A program made the translations under genes and the position numbers. The notes beneath the pieces were generated by a model. The model had not been told where the DNA came from. It did not search any database and was given only the letters and a program-made list of their open reading frames with translations. Shown one piece after another: positions 27,368-31,201 of a DNA stretch of 31,201 bases. The stretch comes from Minisyncoccia bacterium (GTDB lineage: Bacteria; Patescibacteriota; Minisyncoccia; SW-4-49-11), in NCBI GenBank assembly GCA_044356725.1, contig JBIKVS010000012.1, positions 1 to 31,201 on the forward strand, in the 5' to 3' direction. Numbering within the stretch: the stretch's first letter is position 1; every line of letters starts with the position of its first letter.

Positions 27368-27553
27368 ATCCACCCCCGCCTTGCAGGCTCCCCCTCCGAA
27401 GGGGGACAGAAGTTCAAGTAGAAAAATACATCCACCCCGTCAGGCGAAGCCTGCCACCCCTCAATTTATCTCCCGTAGGGAGAGAGGGGAATTTTAGCCC
27501 CCAAAAATGTCCCTCGCTGGCGAGGGGGGACCCGCTTGGCGGTGGGTGTGGAC
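27368..27553. repeat. Three REP-like two-hairpin elements (27368-27408, 27428-27506, 27508-27553)
   Basis: TCCACCCCG...CCCCTC...GGGG layout; the middle element recurs at 29191-29250. Confidence 0.75.
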
Positions 27554-27876
27554 TATATCGATTTGATTGCTATTAAATCATCTAGTGTCTTTGACGTGGA
27601 AACATTTTTACTTGCTGTTTTCTTACTATTAGCTACTATATCAAACATTGTCTTTACATTTTGTGAGCGATTGCTAAATTTTATTTTTGGAAATTTTCTT
27701 TGTAATAGTATAAATTCATGAGCTGATGAACGGGCTATAAAATCTACATGATCAAAATCAAGTATAATTGTAGGGAATAGCATAGATAATATTCTAATAC
27801 GAAAAGACAAACTCTTGACTTCATTACGAAGCATCAGTGAGTTATTAAATCTTTTAGCTATTCTAATCTTATTCAT
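27553..27876 (-). CDS. STAS-like (DUF4325-type) protein
   Basis: IILDFDHVDFIARSSAHEF...N....VKTMF; lies downstream of the HATPase gene. Confidence 0.7.
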   Translation of the reverse strand: MNKIRIAKRFNNSLMLRNEVKSLSFRIRILSMLFPTIILDFDHVDFIARSSAHEFILLQRKFPKIKFSNRSQNVKTMFDIVANSKKTASKNVSTSKTLDDLIAIKSI

Positions 27877-27929
27877 AGTGTAGTGTTGTTTAATTACATT
27901 TTAGCATATAGTATTGATAATAACAATAT

Positions 27930-28766
27930 TTATTTTATATAAGTATATAAACTTTCTTTGGAAATTTTATCTATTGGTATTCTCATTGCTACTAGTACTC
28001 CCTGCCAAGAAAAACTATATTCTTCAAGATTAAAGGTATCAAATTTTTGTGGGGTTCCAAAAGCGAATAAATTTCCAGATAATAATGCATAAGATCCCTT
28101 TAGTCCTTCTTGAATAAATTTCTTACTATCTCTAATACCAGTACCTCTTTCATAATTATCTTTGGTTGAATAATGTTGTTCAAATAATAGGTCAACTGTT
28201 TCATCAAATGATATGTCTTTGCCTATAAAGTTACTATAAGATTTTTGGATACCAATACCTGTATCTGCGATAGTTATATCTATAAAGTTAGATTTAGGAT
28301 AAATTTGAGCTAGTATATATCCAAACTCGGATTGGCTATGTTGTGCTATATTATCTATAGCTTCTCCTATTAAATATGATATATTGGTTTCGACGGAATT
28401 ACTTTTATTATCTATAAATTTTATTAATAAAGCTCTGTATTCACTCACAAGTGATGAGTTCTGAGTTGAAAATTTTATTATTGGTAAATATGTTTTGTCC
28501 TGTGAGGTGGATTTTATATTATTTTTATTAAACCCAATTGTATTGAGATAAGTTTTAACTTCAGGTCTGAGGTTGACTGGAGTTAAGTTATATTGTTGTA
28601 TATAAATACTCAATGGTAATATTAGTGGCGGGAAAATAAATGATATATTGCTAAAATCTAATTTGGAGGTATGATTATTTTGACATAAATCTCTAAGCTG
28701 TATCAGTGATACAAGTTGATGATTGAGAGAGTTTGATTTTGGTTTTGGGATTAATATTGTATTCAT
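27930..28766 (-). CDS. Histidine-kinase-like ATPase (HATPase_c) with N-terminal STAS-like region
   Basis: N box EAIDNIAQHS, G1 IADTGIGI, G2 STK...RGTGI; N-terminal LDFSNISFIFP. Confidence 0.8.
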   Translation of the reverse strand: MNTILIPKPKSNSLNHQLVSLIQLRDLCQNNHTSKLDFSNISFIFPPLILPLSIYIQQYNLTPVNLRPEVKTYLNTIGFNKNNIKSTSQDKTYLPIIKFSTQNSSLVSEYRALLIKFIDNKSNSVETNISYLIGEAIDNIAQHSQSEFGYILAQIYPKSNFIDITIADTGIGIQKSYSNFIGKDISFDETVDLLFEQHYSTKDNYERGTGIRDSKKFIQEGLKGSYALLSGNLFAFGTPQKFDTFNLEEYSFSWQGVLVAMRIPIDKISKESLYTYIK

Positions 28767-28807
28767 AATATAATTATTATAGCATAGGAAGTCGTAATTA
28801 TATATAT

Positions 28808-29088
28808 TAGCTACCTTGGCTATACTTTTTATCGCCGGCGAAAACAGGGGAATCGCTTTGAGATAGGTAAGGGCTTGTGGGGGAGTAGGGGGGATTTGTC
28901 CTCCTTACTCCGTCGCAAAAGTCCACCCTCCCCCGTCGCAAATGGGATTTGCTCCTTGAAAACCCACGGTTTCCAACACTCAGTCTTTGACCTCGTTGCC
29001 TTCCTCCACGGGAAAAGTACCTTTTTCCCGACCCCTTTCCCAAAGTCTAAAGCCTTTTTACGGGTAATCCCTCCAAAGGGAGACAGAA
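28808..29088 (+). repeat. ~281-bp direct repeat, copy B (GT-C 3'-end repeat copy 4)
   Basis: Core TAGCTACCTTGGCTATACTTTTTATCG (one synonymous change); the rest is near-identical to 27066-27348. Confidence 0.93.
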
Positions 29089-29103
29089 AGGCAATTTGCA
29101 AAA

Positions 29104-29250
29104 ATACAGGCGACTGAAAGGTCGCCCCTACGAAATGGAGGGATAAACCCTCCGCTACGAAATTCATAATTCATCATTTATAATTAAACTACATCCACCC
29201 CGTCAGGCGAAGCCTGCCACCCCTCAAGAGGTGAATTTTAGCCCCCAAAA
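29104..29250. repeat. Mosaic of GTAG REPs, heptamer run and two-hairpin REP
   Basis: ATACAGGCGACTGAAAGGTCGCCCCTAC is identical to 26251-26278; GGAGGGATAAACCCTCCGCTAC at 29137-29158; ACATCCACCCCGTCAGGCGAAGCCTGCCACCCCTCAA is identical to 27428-27464. Confidence 0.85.
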
Positions 29251-29419
29251 GTAGTGCAGAACTTTTGACTTTTTATTACCCCTATGTAAAATAGGGTCGT
29301 GGGACAATCCCAATGTATGTTTGAATTATATTACTTTTGATTTATTTGGTCAATATTGTATCATTGTGATTGGATAATTGTATCATTTACGATACAATTA
29401 TCGAGTATTATTGATTTAA

Positions 29420-29749
29420 TTATTTTTGACTCTCTTCTTTTATAAGTACGGCGGTTCCGCTGACGGCTACCATTAGCATTCCTGTACTTATCATTTCATA
29501 GTCTATGTCTACTCCTATGATGGCATTGGCTCCAAGTTTTTTGGCTTCTTGCTCCATTTCTTTGAGTGCTGATTCTTTGGCTTCTTTTAAGACTTCTTCG
29601 TAGGCTGAGGAGCGTCCTCCTATGAAGTCTCTGACTGAGGCTAGTATGTCTCGGAATACATTGGCTCCTAAGATGACTTCTCCACTGACTATTCCTTTGT
29701 ATTCGGTGATTTCTGTGCCTGAGATTAGGGTTGTGGTTGTGATTAACAT
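29420..29749 (-). CDS. ybjQ: YbjQ/UPF0145 family protein
   Basis: GIVSGEVILGANVFRD, GGRSSAYE, GANAIIGVDIDY and VSGTAV motifs. Confidence 0.93.
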   Translation of the reverse strand: MLITTTTLISGTEITEYKGIVSGEVILGANVFRDILASVRDFIGGRSSAYEEVLKEAKESALKEMEQEAKKLGANAIIGVDIDYEMISTGMLMVAVSGTAVLIKEESQK

Positions 29750-29831
29750 AGCTAATAAGTTTAGTTGATATGTTTAGTTGATATGTTGTAATTATAGCAT
29801 ATTTTATTAGCTCTCGTCAGTGGTCTTATGA

Positions 29832-29842
29832 TGTGGTATAAT
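29832..29842 (+). promoter_or_regulatory. Extended -10 promoter
   Basis: TGTGGTATAAT 33 nt before ATG 29876. Confidence 0.6.
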
Positions 29843-29875
29843 GCTTTTATTGAATATTTATTATTTTGTAGGTTT

Positions 29876-31201
29876 ATGAAATCTAAGGTTTCTGGTTTAG
29901 ATTGGTTGAAGTTGGCAGTAGTTTGGTTTGTTTTCGGGGTGGCTTTTTCTTTTTGGGATAGTGTATCGGGGTCTTTTTTATGGGCTTATTTGGTTGGGGT
30001 TATATTATTTCGTATATCTAGTGAAAAAACTTTATATTTAGCTTTAGTTTTATTGATATTATCTCCAATCGCGTTGTCTCTGAAGTTGGATGTTTTAGCT
30101 GAAAGTTTAGTCGTTAATATGTATTTTCTCCTTTGTATTTTTATTGTCGGAGAGGTTTCAAGAGGTGTGGGTGTATCTTGGTCTTGGTTAGATTGTTTAG
30201 CTAATAAAATTATTGATAGAACAAGGGGTCTTATAGTGTCTACTCCAGATTGGGTATTTATTTGTATTTTTGTTATTCCTTCTCTTTTTTTAATCTCTAG
30301 ATCATATTTTTTTACTTCTAAGATCCCTTATAACAGTTTTTTGGATATGGGTTCACTTATTGTTCAAACTGATGTTATCAGACAATTTAATATAGGTTGG
30401 GCATATCAGTTTGGGAGGGCATGGAATATTCTGACTAGTAATTGGCCAGTTCTATATACTGAGTTTTTGGGATGGATAGCTAGAGATTTTTATTTAGGGA
30501 TAAAGATACATCAATTTTTGAGTATAGTGATTGGAGCATGGGGAGTAATAGTATTATGGAGGAGTTTAATGGTAAAGTTAGAAGATAGAATAGCAAGTAT
30601 ATCTTCTCAGGTTTTAGTAGCTTTGATATATGTATTTAATCCATTTTATCTTTCAGTATTGAATGGAGTAGTAGAGTTTGGAGTAGCATATAGTCTTATG
30701 CCATGGATAGTTTGGTCATGGTTGAGATTAATTAGGGATAAAGAAGGTAAGTGGTGGGAGTTAGGGTTACAAGTTATTGTGACTGGAGTATTGTTATCAT
30801 TTGCAACAGTGGTATCAGGAATTACATTAGTTTTTACAAATGCATTACCATTGTTTGTAATTATGTTTGGTATAGGGTTGATCAGTTTTGAATCTAAGAT
30901 AGAGTTATTGAGGCGTGGAATATTATTGAGTTTAGTATGGCTGATAGTGGCTTTGATGGGACTTCACGTTATTATCCCTACTTTCTTTGGGTATAGACAA
31001 GCTGATGGTATTTTGGACTCTACACAGACAGAGGAGAGAGAGTCTCCTTTCGTGAAAGATTTTTATTCTCCTACTTTAGAGGAGATTATGTATCTGCAAA
31101 ATAAAGAGGGAATTGTTTCAGAGGAGATTGGTTATAATTTTAGAGCCATCCCTTTAAAATATCGTTTGGTCTGGTTTTTCTGGTCTTCTTTAGGAATAAT
31201 A
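29876..31201 (+). CDS. Second GT-C-like multi-pass membrane protein, runs off the window (absent from the ORF track)
   Basis: Hand translation MKSKVSGLDWLKLAVVWF... includes ALIYVFNPFYLS and AYSLMPW, typical of AftD/YfhO-like membrane regions. Confidence 0.78.
   Translation, partial: MKSKVSGLDWLKLAVVWFVFGVAFSFWDSVSGSFLWAYLVGVILFRISSEKTLYLALVLLILSPIALSLKLDVLAESLVVNMYFLLCIFIVGEVSRGVGVSWSWLDCLANKIIDRTRGLIVSTPDWVFICIFVIPSLFLISRSYFFTSKIPYNSFLDMGSLIVQTDVIRQFNIGWAYQFGRAWNILTSNWPVLYTEFLGWIARDFYLGIKIHQFLSIVIGAWGVIVLWRSLMVKLEDRIASISSQVLVALIYVFNPFYLSVLNGVVEFGVAYSLMPWIVWSWLRLIRDKEGKWWELGLQVIVTGVLLSFATVVSGITLVFTNALPLFVIMFGIGLISFESKIELLRRGILLSLVWLIVALMGLHVIIPTFFGYRQADGILDSTQTEERESPFVKDFYSPTLEEIMYLQNKEGIVSEEIGYNFRAIPLKYRLVWFFWSSLGII

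Noticed and set aside
27058-27497. Short ORFs over the repeat (27058-27303, 27116-27373, 27156-27497) and their twins at 28807-29167
   Set aside because: They are open frames in GC-rich palindromic repeats on both strands, with indels between copies and no protein-like features.
24436-28834. CRISPR array from the 27-bp repeated core
   Set aside because: Spacing is 0.9-1.7 kb with whole genes between copies, the core is coding sequence, and there are no cas genes.
24436-29250. Classical integron or IS composite transposon
   Set aside because: No integrase or transposase, and no attC-type RYYYAAC...GTTRRRY ends or terminal inverted repeats recognised.
29759-29784. 13-bp tandem duplication GTTTAGTTGATAT x2 in the ybjQ leader
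   Set aside because: Only two copies; most simply explained by slippage.
1-31201. Alternative genetic code (TGA read as Gly or Trp)
   Set aside because: Genes are full length under the standard code, and TGA ends genes at natural positions (5945, 6733, 19276, 21667).

Overview
AT-rich bacterial DNA. It most resembles a CPR/Patescibacteria genome (inferred from gene content, strong sigma70-type promoters with short leaders, and scarce Shine-Dalgarno sites). The left half (1-16.2 kb) holds housekeeping and envelope genes: RRM protein, heliorhodopsin, tRNA-Ala(GGC), histidine phosphatase, cyclophilin, YdeN-like hydrolase, CIRCE-preceded Hsp20, D-2-hydroxyacid dehydrogenase, ABC exporter, bactofilin-like membrane protein, CcdA and DUF2207. 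It also contains a GC-richer islet of three orphan secreted proteins with a duplicated palindromic promoter/operator and highly structured leaders. The right half is a surface-glycan cluster: 5'-truncated epimerase, GT2, GT4, UbiA-family transferase + HAD phosphatase + PRPP synthetase, methyltransferase and a GT-C membrane glycosyltransferase. The best candidates for something new are three. (1) An integrase-less cassette array in which the 3' end of the GT-C gene recurs four times, each copy heading different cargo (535-aa membrane protein; orphan MazF/PemK; HATPase-STAS pair; YbjQ). (2) A possible polyprenyl-phospho-ribose donor pathway with its own PRPP synthetase. (3) A promoter- and terminator-bounded ~85-nt structured RNA convergent on the antitoxin-less MazF gene. 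All calls were made by eye from motifs; no database searches were run.
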